Assembly (NCBI GenBank): GCA_020184695.1
Contig: JAANOX010000088.1
Span: forward strand, 22,640 to 86,639
Source: Histomonas meleagridis 2922-C6/04-290x
Taxonomy: Eukaryota > Protista > Parabasalia
DNA length: 64,000 nucleotides
Direction: 5' to 3'
Made by a program: the position numbers and the translations under genes. The notes beneath the pieces are model-generated. The model had not been told where the DNA came from. It ran no database searches and worked only from the letters and a program-made list of their open reading frames with translations. Shown here piece by piece: positions 11,155 to 21,617 of the stretch. Each line of letters opens with the position of its first letter. Position 1 is the stretch's first letter.

Positions 11155-11818
11155 AAACCAAACTTAAATTTTTTTTATAAATACATTTGTTTCACAATCA
11201 ATCAAAATTATTCGAGTTCACATCAATTAATTTATCCATTCATATCATTTTATTTCCATTGTATTGGTCAAATATTTAATTTGAATCAAGAATTTATAGA
11301 GTCATTAAATGGATGTGTATTGATAATTAAATATTTGATTTAACATTTTGATATACATTTATCATTTATATTAATTTCTCCACAAACTAATCCATCCAAT
11401 AAGATGGTTTTAATTCAAAAAAGAATTGATATCATTTTTTGATTTACAATTACTTTTGTAAAATACTATAAGAGGCTGTATAATTTTTTTTAAATTATAC
11501 AGAAAAAATTTAAATTTAATAAGAAGAAATTAATGAATACAATTCATGAAGAACTCCACCAAAAAATTGATTTGGTAAAATAGATATTTTTATGATTATA
11601 AAAAATAATGAACTAAAAAAGCATAAACATTTTTAAAAAACTTAATCTTTCACTTATCAGAAATCCTTCTTATAATAAACCGGTGCTTCATTTGCAATTA
11701 CTGGATTTGTTACAGTTTTTCCGTTGAACTTTGCATTCAATTGAATAAACCACAGAAACAAACACAATTTTTTCGATGTAATACGATCGTTTTCTCAAAA
11801 CATTAATTTGTAATTTTT

Positions 11819-13003
11819 ATGGAACCAGAAGTGCAAAAACTCTTCGAAACAACAACTAAAGTATATCAAGAAACCCTCAATTCAATGAAGTCAATTGATA
11901 ATTGTTTAAATTCTTTTTCATATTCAATTCAAGAATATCAAACGAATGAAGATTTTTCTCCTCCAGGATTTCCAGGAACTTTGTCTGATTCATTAGCAAA
12001 GCTTAATCAGGCTATGTTTTCATTCCAAGAAATTTTTCATGGATTTTCACGAATATTTCAAAATCAAGATATCACTTCGTTTGGTGAAATTTGCGAAAGC
12101 AGAGAATACCAAAAATCTGTTCTTGATAATACATTAAATCAGCACCTCGAAAAGAGACATGAATTAATTAACTCAGTAACAAAAGCCAAAAAAGAGTTGA
12201 ATGACGCCAAAAAATCAATAATAGCATTATCTAAGAAAAGCAAACATGAAAATGAAAATTTATGTCAACAATGGAACAATTTTAGACTTAAATCTTATCA
12301 ATACATATCAGAACGCGAAAAACTCATTTTTCATAACAATTCACTAAACGAAATTCTCAGCACATATCCTGGTATTGTTTCAATACTGGAAAAGAACACA
12401 GAATCGCAATTTTTACAAAAATTTCTTCCAAAAATTCCATCACATCTCGAACTTCTTGCGCAAAACATTGAGCAAGCTCGGAATGAGCTGAATGCTTCTA
12501 GCTCTGCGCTTAATTTCCCGTCCGACTTTCTTTCTTTTGTTGAAAAAAATGATTTTAAATTTGTTGACATCCCACCACCACCGTTTGAAAGATATAAGTT
12601 TTCATCACGATTCTCTGCTCCAGAGAAAGAAGTTATTCCAAGGTTTATTCTTTCGTTTTATCCATTGTTTATTGGAAAAATTCTTCATAATTTTGAATCA
12701 ACATGCCCTGACGAGCTAAATGTCAGTAAAGATCAAAGAGTTTATGTCCTTGAGAACTCACACGGCGGATGGGTTCTTGTAATGCAGATGAGTTATGCAA
12801 TTCCTGGGTACGTTCCATCTGATTTTGTTGAAACGGTTGGTATCGGCGTGGCGGTTCTTCAGAAAGATGTTCCTTCACAAAATTTCTACGGTTGCTCAGG
12901 AACTATCGTATCGGTTATATCTATCGGCGAAAATTCTGTCGAATGCGAAGATATCGATGGGAACAGAACAAACATAGAAAAATGTGATTTAATTTTGTTG
13001 TGA
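11819..13003 (+). CDS. SH3-domain protein with an N-terminal helical (BAR-like) region
   Basis: SH3 motif ILHNFESTCPDELNVSKDQRVYVLENSHGGWVLV...GYVPSDFVE. Confidence 0.8.
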   Translation: MEPEVQKLFETTTKVYQETLNSMKSIDNCLNSFSYSIQEYQTNEDFSPPGFPGTLSDSLAKLNQAMFSFQEIFHGFSRIFQNQDITSFGEICESREYQKSVLDNTLNQHLEKRHELINSVTKAKKELNDAKKSIIALSKKSKHENENLCQQWNNFRLKSYQYISEREKLIFHNNSLNEILSTYPGIVSILEKNTESQFLQKFLPKIPSHLELLAQNIEQARNELNASSSALNFPSDFLSFVEKNDFKFVDIPPPPFERYKFSSRFSAPEKEVIPRFILSFYPLFIGKILHNFESTCPDELNVSKDQRVYVLENSHGGWVLVMQMSYAIPGYVPSDFVETVGIGVAVLQKDVPSQNFYGCSGTIVSVISIGENSVECEDIDGNRTNIEKCDLILL

Positions 13004-13058
13004 TAATAAAAAATAATCGGCTGTTTAATTATATATTAAATCGTGAAGTATTTCGAGA

Positions 13059-13934
13059 TTATTTTCTTTGAAGAGGAATTGCACCAACTGAAGTTAACGC
13101 GGCTTCTTCAATCAACGTCCGCATTTCTTCGTAGTTTACATTTGGATTAAATTGCATTGTGATTCCAACATATAAATTTTTGCACCATTTTTGCCACTTT
13201 TCGGTTTGTGCAGAATGTTTAACGGTCGTTTCTGTAGTGTTTTTTGAGGTGTGTTTACATTCTTTAAAATTAGAAGTAGCAAACCTCCTAAGGATAGAGC
13301 TAATTGTGATTTCTTGTAAAACCATTGTCTTTAATTCATCATAATTAAGATGATCATTGTTAAGTAAATCAGATATTTTCTGGTTTCTGTTGTTAATGTC
13401 TTTCTTTAGATCAAGGATATCATTGATACTTATAGAATTGTTGATGTTAATTTTCTTTAGTTGTTTATTCGAGATTTCTTTGATGAATTGGGAAGTACGT
13501 AAAGCTTGTTCTAACAAAAGCCTTCGCGAGGTTTCTTGAAGAAAGACTTCGCCAGATTTATTTGATATGAGAAACATTGATTGTAATGTTGGTGATGAAG
13601 CAAGTCGAGTTAAAAAATCTACGTGACCTTTTAGCTGTGAGCACAAGCGTGAAATAATGATTTCTTTCTCTTTTGTCATATAATCAAATAAATTATTAAT
13701 TGATGTACTTAAATCAGGTTCGAAAGATATATTTTCAAGTGAGCTCATGTTGTTTTCATCATTAAAATATTCATTTTCATTCAAGTTCTGAATTATTGTA
13801 TCTATTGTATCTTTTGCTTCTTTTTGTTGTTGTAATAACTTTTTATTTTGAGCCTCGAGGTGACGTATATATTTGTCCTTTTCTACAATTTGAGTTTTGA
13901 GTTTTCTAATTTCTTTAATTGTTTTTTCTTCCAT
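13059..13934 (-). CDS. Hypothetical coiled-coil protein
   Basis: 291-aa ATG ORF with an N-terminal heptad pattern. Confidence 0.7.
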   Translation of the reverse strand: MEEKTIKEIRKLKTQIVEKDKYIRHLEAQNKKLLQQQKEAKDTIDTIIQNLNENEYFNDENNMSSLENISFEPDLSTSINNLFDYMTKEKEIIISRLCSQLKGHVDFLTRLASSPTLQSMFLISNKSGEVFLQETSRRLLLEQALRTSQFIKEISNKQLKKININNSISINDILDLKKDINNRNQKISDLLNNDHLNYDELKTMVLQEITISSILRRFATSNFKECKHTSKNTTETTVKHSAQTEKWQKWCKNLYVGITMQFNPNVNYEEMRTLIEEAALTSVGAIPLQRK

Positions 13935-14031
13935 TTTGGAATAAATATAAACGGAAATAAATGGAGCACCCTAACTCAAAAGTACGTTTATTTAAATTTA
14001 CAGAATATTCGCAAACATCCATTTTTATACT

Positions 14032-15120
14032 TTAAGTACACGTCCAGTACCCTGACAAAAGAGACTTTAACTCGGGTTTCTTTTCTAGTGAGAATGTAAT
14101 GAACACAAAATACCAAATAACTGTTACAACTATATACAGTTTCTTTGGCAGTATGAGCCAGCCTATGAAAAACGTCGAAGAAATTCCTAAAATACTAATA
14201 GTTTTTCTCGGCGATCTCCATTGTAACCAATCAGATACAAACCTTTGAGTTTTGACAAACCCTTCAGTTGATTTTGGTATTTCAGTATCTACCTGTTTCT
14301 TTAGTTTCTTTCTATTCATTAGTCTCCAAGCATTAGATAATATGAAAAGTGCTGTACACATTGACAGAAAAGGAATAAAAGGAATGTATTGGAGACAGAA
14401 AGAAACAAGAGATAGAACAAAAAGAAAAGAAAGTTTTGTATGAATGTTAAATTTCAAAGATATAACATATTCAAAAAATTGTTTCATGGGCGCTAAAACA
14501 TTAACAATGGGATTCTCTTCTTCTTTTGATTCAGGTGCAGCATGAGGTGCTTCTTCAGAATGCTTTACTTCCTCAAGTTCAATATCAAGAGATGAAAATG
14601 GTGTTTCATCAAATGTTTTTTTTGAAAGAAGTTCTCCTATAACAGACTTTAGTTTGCTTTCATCCATTCTTACCGCTTCTGCTAATTGTCTCAGTAATTT
14701 AAAACATTGAAATAATGTTTGTTGTGTTGGAAACTGAAAGTTTGCACTTGCACCATTGCCATCAATAACTGAAATTGTAGATGTTGACCTAACACCACTA
14801 AGACCTCGAAGAGCCTCATATGAACATTGAACAATTTGAGGATGAGGAATTGTATTTTTTGGAAGATAAACAAACCTGTTTGTAGTCAAATAAAAAACGC
14901 CTTTTGTTGTTGTTCCTGTTTCTGATTCACGAATCAAAAGTTGAACTTCTGGGAATGAAGCAATAGCCGCTTCTGTTGATAGGTCGCCACCAAAAACCAG
15001 CGTTGCAATGCGCAAAGGTTCAAATTCTGGATGATTCCATCTTTCGTCAATTCTGTTACGCTGGTTCATATTCTTACTTTTTGTAATGTACTCAAAAAGT
15101 TGTACAATAACGGACATCAT
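14032..15120 (-). CDS. GRAM/PH-like domain protein with C-terminal transmembrane segments
   Basis: GVFYLTTNRFVYLP strand motif and hydrophobic C-terminal helices. Start moved to ATG 15120 (or 15117) because the track's upstream extension overlaps the divergent gene at 15200. Confidence 0.65.
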   Translation of the reverse strand: MMSVIVQLFEYITKSKNMNQRNRIDERWNHPEFEPLRIATLVFGGDLSTEAAIASFPEVQLLIRESETGTTTKGVFYLTTNRFVYLPKNTIPHPQIVQCSYEALRGLSGVRSTSTISVIDGNGASANFQFPTQQTLFQCFKLLRQLAEAVRMDESKLKSVIGELLSKKTFDETPFSSLDIELEEVKHSEEAPHAAPESKEEENPIVNVLAPMKQFFEYVISLKFNIHTKLSFLFVLSLVSFCLQYIPFIPFLSMCTALFILSNAWRLMNRKKLKKQVDTEIPKSTEGFVKTQRFVSDWLQWRSPRKTISILGISSTFFIGWLILPKKLYIVVTVIWYFVFITFSLEKKPELKSLLSGYWTCT

Positions 15121-15199
15121 TATCCTCTTATTCAAAATTGAAAGTTCATAGCGGTTTGGCGCTAAACGAACCAAAAATTTATTCCCAGATTTAGCTAAA

Positions 15200-16744
15200 A
15201 TGGAGCGAGAAATGCTAATGTGTACCGAAATCCGAGAAACTCTCCTACCACTGCAGGAATCATTGATGAAGTTAGGAGAAGTAGATCCATCATTATCAGA
15301 AAATGTGAAAGAATTTTCATTAAAAACAATTGAACTCGTGGAAAAAAACATTTTACCATCAATCACACTGCATATGAAATATGAAGCTATAAGAAATTTT
15401 ATAACAGCTATTTCAAAAATAATTTATCAAATTAAAAAAAAGTATGAAAACGAGCTTGATTATACAAAATATGATTTTCTGAAAAAGGAAGATGATGGAA
15501 GGTTTACCCTTGTTAAAAAACTTCGGAACTTACATAATGAATCTCTTAACAAAGAAAATGATGATATCCTTAACAAAATCACAAAAGACCTATATAAACT
15601 TTCAGACAAGTCAGTTTCTTATGTTGGCCTTATTCTGAATTTACGAACGGATCTTCTTCATTTATCAAATAATTTTATTGTTTCATATCCAGATGACACA
15701 TCACTTGAAATTATTAAAGAGTATGAGAAATCTTTTCGGAAAGCCGATTTTATTATTTCAGCTAATGAGCTAGAAAAAATCGCCAAAAATTATGAAATTG
15801 AATTTGAAGGAATCACACTCCCAAAGGAAAAAGACACTCCTCGCTCACCACCTCCATCTCCAAAGCCATCACCAATAAGTGGCATTCCTCGAGGTATTCC
15901 ACCAATGGCTCAATTTGGTGGTAACCCTTTATTTGGTGGTCCTAGAACGAGTAATCCTCTTTCAGCACCAATACAACCATTTAGTCTTCGTCCTACTAAT
16001 GCAGCACCACAAACACATCAAACACGAGTCGAACCTCCAAAACCGTCGAACGACGATACGGAACTTAAGAAAATCAAAGAAGAGATGAAATCACAATTTG
16101 AACAATATGTGAAAGAAATTAAAAAGATGCAAAATGAAATAAATGAGTTAAAGCAAGAGAAAGCAAACACAAAAGCACTTTTTGATAGACTTGATCAACA
16201 ATATCTCGATTTCCAAGTTCAACTTGAAGATCTAAAATTAGTACAACAAAACATTACATTTGAGCTTGAAGAATTCAGGCAGAACACTGAGGAAAAGATA
16301 CAAGAAAACACAAACGCAAGTAAGAAAATATTACAACAAATCGAATCATTAAAAAATATTTCAAATCAAAACGAAGAAAACATTCGAAAAATTGAAAGTA
16401 AAGTAAATCAAACACAAAATAATGAAACAACAAATAGTTTAAAGGATAATTATGAAGAAATCGAAGAACAAAGAAAAATAGTAAAAGAAAATCAACAAAA
16501 AATCGATGATTTGTTCCAAAAAATTAATGATTTGAAAAATGATGATTTCAAATTAAGTGAAGAACAAAATGAACAAATTATTGAACTTTCAAAAAGAGTA
16601 AATGAAATGGGACAACAGTGGTCTGATTTGGCAGGAAAAATAGATAAACAATTCGCAATGCTCTTTAAAAGAATGAACTCTAAGTTAAGAAAAAAATTTG
16701 ATCCGACAAACCCAAAAAACTCACCAATATCATCACTTGATTAA
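15200..16744 (+). CDS. Hypothetical protein: helical N-terminus, Pro-rich linker, long coiled coil
   Basis: 514-aa ATG ORF; PRSPPPSPKPSP linker; Q/E/K/N-rich heptads. Confidence 0.75.
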   Translation: MEREMLMCTEIRETLLPLQESLMKLGEVDPSLSENVKEFSLKTIELVEKNILPSITLHMKYEAIRNFITAISKIIYQIKKKYENELDYTKYDFLKKEDDGRFTLVKKLRNLHNESLNKENDDILNKITKDLYKLSDKSVSYVGLILNLRTDLLHLSNNFIVSYPDDTSLEIIKEYEKSFRKADFIISANELEKIAKNYEIEFEGITLPKEKDTPRSPPPSPKPSPISGIPRGIPPMAQFGGNPLFGGPRTSNPLSAPIQPFSLRPTNAAPQTHQTRVEPPKPSNDDTELKKIKEEMKSQFEQYVKEIKKMQNEINELKQEKANTKALFDRLDQQYLDFQVQLEDLKLVQQNITFELEEFRQNTEEKIQENTNASKKILQQIESLKNISNQNEENIRKIESKVNQTQNNETTNSLKDNYEEIEEQRKIVKENQQKIDDLFQKINDLKNDDFKLSEEQNEQIIELSKRVNEMGQQWSDLAGKIDKQFAMLFKRMNSKLRKKFDPTNPKNSPISSLD

Positions 16745-16885
16745 TAAATTTAAAATGTTTTAATTTTATTGTGACAACTAAAAAACATGAAAATATCGCA
16801 AAAAACGGTTTTTCAATTGCAATAAATTTTTAATTATTTGTTTTAATTAACTAATTTATACATATTAAAAGTTACGTAAATGTCC

Positions 16886-16958
16886 GCTTTGGTAGCTCAA
16901 TCGGCAGAGCGCAGGTCTCATAATCCTGAGGTCGTGGGTTCGAGCCCCATCCAAAGCA
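16886..16958 (+). tRNA. Elongator tRNA-Met (CAT)
   Basis: Acceptor stem GCTTTGG/CCAAAGC plus discriminator A; D arm; anticodon loop CTCATAA; U31-U39 mismatch and GTTCGA T-loop typical of eukaryotic elongator Met; 73 nt. Confidence 0.95.
16943..16958 (+). repeat. Left copy of target-site duplication AGCCCCATCCAAAGCA (tRNA-Met 3' end)
   Basis: Identical 16-mer at 21495-21510. Confidence 0.9.
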
Positions 16959-16968
16959 AAATGGATCA

Positions 16969-16984
16969 TTTTTTGTTTTTTTTT
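16969..16984 (+). terminator. T6-G-T9 tract, candidate Pol III terminator supplied by the element's 5' end
   Basis: Begins 10 nt after the tRNA discriminator base. Confidence 0.65.
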
Positions 16985-16992
16985 CCCTGAAA

Positions 16993-19900
16993 ATGCAGCT
17001 ACGTGCTCGCAGGACAGAAATAGAAGTCCTCAGCCAGGAGGGTTACGAATTTTAAATCCACGAGATCGATTATAATCTGATGATTCAGAAGATCTTTTGA
17101 CTTTACCTACCCCAGTCGACTCTACTCCTTCTCTCGCACATTCTACACCCTTAGGAGCTTCGATATCTCCAAAACCCAGCCCCGAAGCTTTGGAAGAAGA
17201 TATCATCTACGCCGCTGATAAGACCGCTTTTGACCATCTCAAAAATTTTCCAAATGTGTAACTATTCAAAGGACTTTTTCTTAGAAAACCGGAAATTCCT
17301 TACCCTGATCTTTTGAATTCTGAAGATTCCGATGATTCCTCTGAATTTTCTTTTGAGGAGACGGATAGCAGCGAGATTCAGCCACAAAACGATCAACCTA
17401 TAGAATTTACAGATAATTATCTTAGAAATCCAGAAGACGACGACGATGAAAACCCGATTCAATTTAATGTTAACATTCAGACAATCGATGAAGTCAATGA
17501 ACAAGAAGATATCACAAATAAAGTTATTAACAAGCTCATAACAATCACAGATATCAAAAAACTTAGAGAATACATTGATACGCTCGACGAATCAGTTTTT
17601 GACAACTATTCAGATTTCGATATAAAGGAACATAATTTGATTCAGCTTATGATTCTGAGGTACTGGTTTCCACAACCTTATATTTATTGTTGTAAATATC
17701 ATAACTGCAATTATGGAACCAACCATCACCAACAAATTGATTCACATTTATTCAATACTCATCATAAACAATATCAAAAACACAATTGTTTAACATCAGA
17801 AATCATTGGATATTTATTAGTAAAAGATACTGAGTAATACGAATATGATCATACAAATAATACTTATAACAAATTAGAACAAATAAAAATTTGTTTAATG
17901 AATAACTGTAATTATGTTACAACCAAAACAGGATCAGCATATGACCACTATAAAAAGCAGCATAAAACCTACCTCTAATGGCGGAAAGATGCAGGCCCTT
18001 TTTGGGGTCTAATTATGAGTTATGTTGAAGAAAATATTACATTACCTACAATTTATGAGTTATTATAACCTAGAGATTGTTGTAAATGTACAATGTGTGG
18101 AACAATAGTTAGTTCAGTTCAAGCTATGAGACTTCATAATTCCCAAACTCATATCAATTCAAAACAAACAGTTAGAGGTTCTAGACCAAATAATATTCAA
18201 GAAATTCAAATAATCAATGGTTCACTAAAAGAAATTGAAATCGCAAATAGCCAAAATTATAAAGATTCAGAAGATAGTTATATTGAAAAACAACAAAGTG
18301 AATCTTCATCAGATAATGAGCATATAATTATAAATCAGAAGGATACTAAAGACACAACAGAAACTAGTCAACAAGAATCAGAAACTCAAGAAGTCGAAGA
18401 ATTGCATGCATTAAACATCGAAACTCAAAACAGGGAAGAATCTAATTCATCAGTAATTGAAGAAGAAAAACAACTAAATCATAATTCTAAAAACACAGTT
18501 AAAATGTTAAACAATAACCAATATCAATTCTATAATGACAAATGTAACAAATGGAGAAATAAATATCGAAATCAGAACGTTAGTTTCAAAAGATTAAACA
18601 AAGCACAACGAAAAACTATTCAGCCGAAAATCAATGAATTATTTAAAAATTTTATTATCGAAGAAGCTAAATTTTTATCAGACAAAGACAACATTACATG
18701 GAATATTATGGATGGATTTTTAATTAAAACAACACATAGAATTCAAAAGCTATTAACAAATACATTTCCCAATCTCAATCAAATAAATATTAAATTCGAT
18801 GAGAAACAAATCATAAGAAAAGAAAAACTATACTTATATCAAAATAAAATTATTGAAATCGACAAAATTATTGATTACATTAATAAAATTATAGATATTA
18901 TTAATGCACATCAAGAAGATTTAAACAATAACCAAAACGCATTAAATGCTATTGCTAATATTAAAGAAGGTTTAATCAAATCATTAAGTAAATTTAGTGA
19001 AGATGATTTAAAAAACATATTTAATATTCGATCAGTTGAAGATATAGACAATTTGATTAATGAAGACGAAGAACATCGAGAAGAAAGATTTAAATGGATT
19101 AGAACAATACTTAGAAATTATATTGATAAATTAAACCCAAATGATATAAAAGGAAGTGAAAAACTACGTAAATTTTATGATGAAGACCCTAAAAGATGTA
19201 TCCGATGGAAACTATTAGCCAATACAACACCTTAATGTAATATAACAATCGAACAACTTGAAAAACATTTTAATAATGAATGGGCTAATAAAAAACATAT
19301 TATAGAAGATGATACATGGAATTTACCTAAACTTCTATCTAATGAAGACAACAAATTTATTATTGATTATATTACAGATGAAAAGAATATCATTAATACA
19401 ATTAAAATTAAAGACAATTTATCTGCATGTGGTCCAGATGGAATTCCTAATTCTGTTTGGAAAAGAAATTAAAAAAATACAGCAATTTTATTATCTCTAA
19501 TTATTAAAAACATTATTAAATTTCAAAAAATACCAGAACAATGGAAACAATTCAAAACTATTTTAATATTCAAAAAAGATGACCCATCAATACCAAAGAA
19601 TTGGAGACCAATAAGTATTTCAGATACAATTTACAGAATATTTACTACATTATTAGCAGATAGTATCCAAATAGTGAACAAATCAAAACATATTTTCTCA
19701 CCACAACAAAAAGGATTCATTAAAGGTTGTAATGGTTGCACTGAACATACAGTCACAGCCAATGAATTAATATCTGATGCTTATAGGAAAAATAGGAATA
19801 TTATTATTACAACTCTAGACTTTGCTAATGCATTCGGTTCAATTCCACATAAATAAATCTTTAATAATATGAAACAATAAGGCTTTAACAATAATATAAT

Positions 19901-21492
19901 CGAAATTATTCATTCTATGTATCAAAATATTTCCACAAACATTGTTATCAATGGAATCAAATCAAATAATATTAGAATAAGAAGAGTTGTTAGACAAGGA
20001 TGTCCTCTATCACCCCTTTTATTTAATCTTTGTCTCGAACCTTTAATTAGAAAGATCAATGAAGAACGAAAAGGAACAGATATTTATATTCAAGAATTAA
20101 ATGATAATATTAATATGGGAATCCAAGTATATGATGTAATGTTAATTTCAGACGAACGAGAAAAAATGGAAGAATAGTACACCTAAACATTTCTTTTATT
20201 GTAATTGGAAAGATGGAGGACTTGGAATTCCTTCACTTAAAGAAAGATATCTTTATTTACAAATTAAAACTTATTTATCTTTATTTTACTCGAAAAATGA
20301 AACAGTTAAACACTTTATACAACAAATGGCAGGAGACGAAATTAATTTTAGAAGAATAATTATCTCAGAAGTTCCTCAAAGATTTAACAATATCACTGAA
20401 TATGAAAACCAAATAGCACAAGAATCAGAGAAGAAAACTAATAATTTATTTGTTCGAGAGATTGATGCATCACGTAAATTAAATATAGGTCACAACTTCA
20501 ATAATAACTCTCTTTCCATGAAGAATCTTGATAATGATGAAATTATTGAATGTAACTCGATCAATAATTTTAATAGATCGTTAATTACGTTACTTCAAAA
20601 ACGTCATCTTAATAAACTTCAAGAATTTAAACTTCATGGTCACTCTTTTTTTACTCTTGAAAACTCTAAATACTCTAACTCTTTTTTCGGTACCTATACA
20701 AGAAAAACTTCAGATAGTATTCAACGTTTTTGTATCAATGCAAGATGTAATAACTTACCTACCAAGGAAATTTTAAGTAAAAAGAATCCAAATACGTCCA
20801 AAACTTGTCCATATTGTAGAAATCAAAAAGAGATTGAATCACTGAAACATATTCTAAATCATTGTGTTCCTCAATACTCTAAATATACTCGAAGACACAA
20901 TGATGTTGGTGAAATTATTATTAAATCTATCGAAAAATCAAATAAATCTAAATTTATTTTCCATAGATCACAAGAAGTTAAAATTAATGACTTTCATTTA
21001 CCTGATAGATCTAAAAGACTTAAACCAGACATATGGTATTTGGATGACAAAAAAGGTAATCTTAATATAATCGAAATAACTATACCTTATGGTGAAATCT
21101 CGAACATTAACACATTACCAGACGAAGAGATTTCCAACTCATTAAATTATAGTCGTTACATTAAAAATAAGAAATATGAAACTTTGATTCAAGATATTAC
21201 TGACACATATCAAATTAAAGTTAAATACTATATCATTGTTATTTCATCTCTTGGAGCAATACCATTCGAAAATTATTCGGATATCTTAAAATTATGAAAT
21301 AATAATGAAATCATTACTTCAGAAACATGTAAAAGATGCAGTGAATGTACATTAATTCATTCTATGAAAATTTTCTGGAATGCTATCAACCCACATCCAA
21401 GGAATCGTAATGTGAATGACTCGTTCCTGCGGAAAGAAGAGTTGCTAACGAATAGAAGAAAACACAGTAACCTCGAAGGATCATTTAAGTAA
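16993..21492 (+). pseudogene. Disrupted single ORF of the retrotransposon (ZnF-RT-CCHC-RLE)
   Basis: One frame from 17073 to 20177 with 9 in-frame TAA. YADD reduced to YD. Large deletion near 20175. Premature TGA at 21295; likely natural stop TAA at 21490-21492. Confidence 0.85.
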
Positions 21493-21494
21493 AA

Positions 21495-21510
21495 AGCCCC
21501 ATCCAAAGCA
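21495..21510 (+). repeat. Right copy of the target-site duplication
   Basis: AGCCCCATCCAAAGCA; the first A could belong to the A tail, giving a 15-bp TSD. Confidence 0.9.
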
Positions 21511-21520
21511 TTTTTTTTTT
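21511..21520 (+). terminator. T10 tract, probable original Pol III terminator of tRNA-Met, displaced by the insertion
   Basis: Directly follows the duplicated tRNA 3' end. Confidence 0.8.
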
Positions 21521-21617
21521 CGGAATTTGGAGTTAAATTGAATATTTTTTGCCAAATTTTTTCATTCAAATCCACAAAAAAAGCCAAATTTATCAGGCGA
21601 TTCAGAAGTTTCAAAAT

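Larger units (their letters stand above)
16959..21494 (+). mobile_element. Non-LTR retrotransposon with restriction-like endonuclease (R2/R4/NeSL-type architecture), inactivated copy, about 4.54 kb
   Basis: Three N-terminal C2H2 zinc fingers; RT motifs (SACGPDGI, NWRPISI, QQKGF, LDFANAFGSIPH, RQGCPLSPLLFNL); GGLG; CCHC (CPYC..ESLKHILNHC); RHN; PD..EIT..K.KKY; short A tail; perfect flanking TSD. Confidence 0.93.

Noticed and set aside
15121-15366. N-terminal extension of the 14032 ORF overlapping the 15200 gene
   Set aside because: It starts at a non-ATG codon and reads as antisense shadow of the plus-strand gene.
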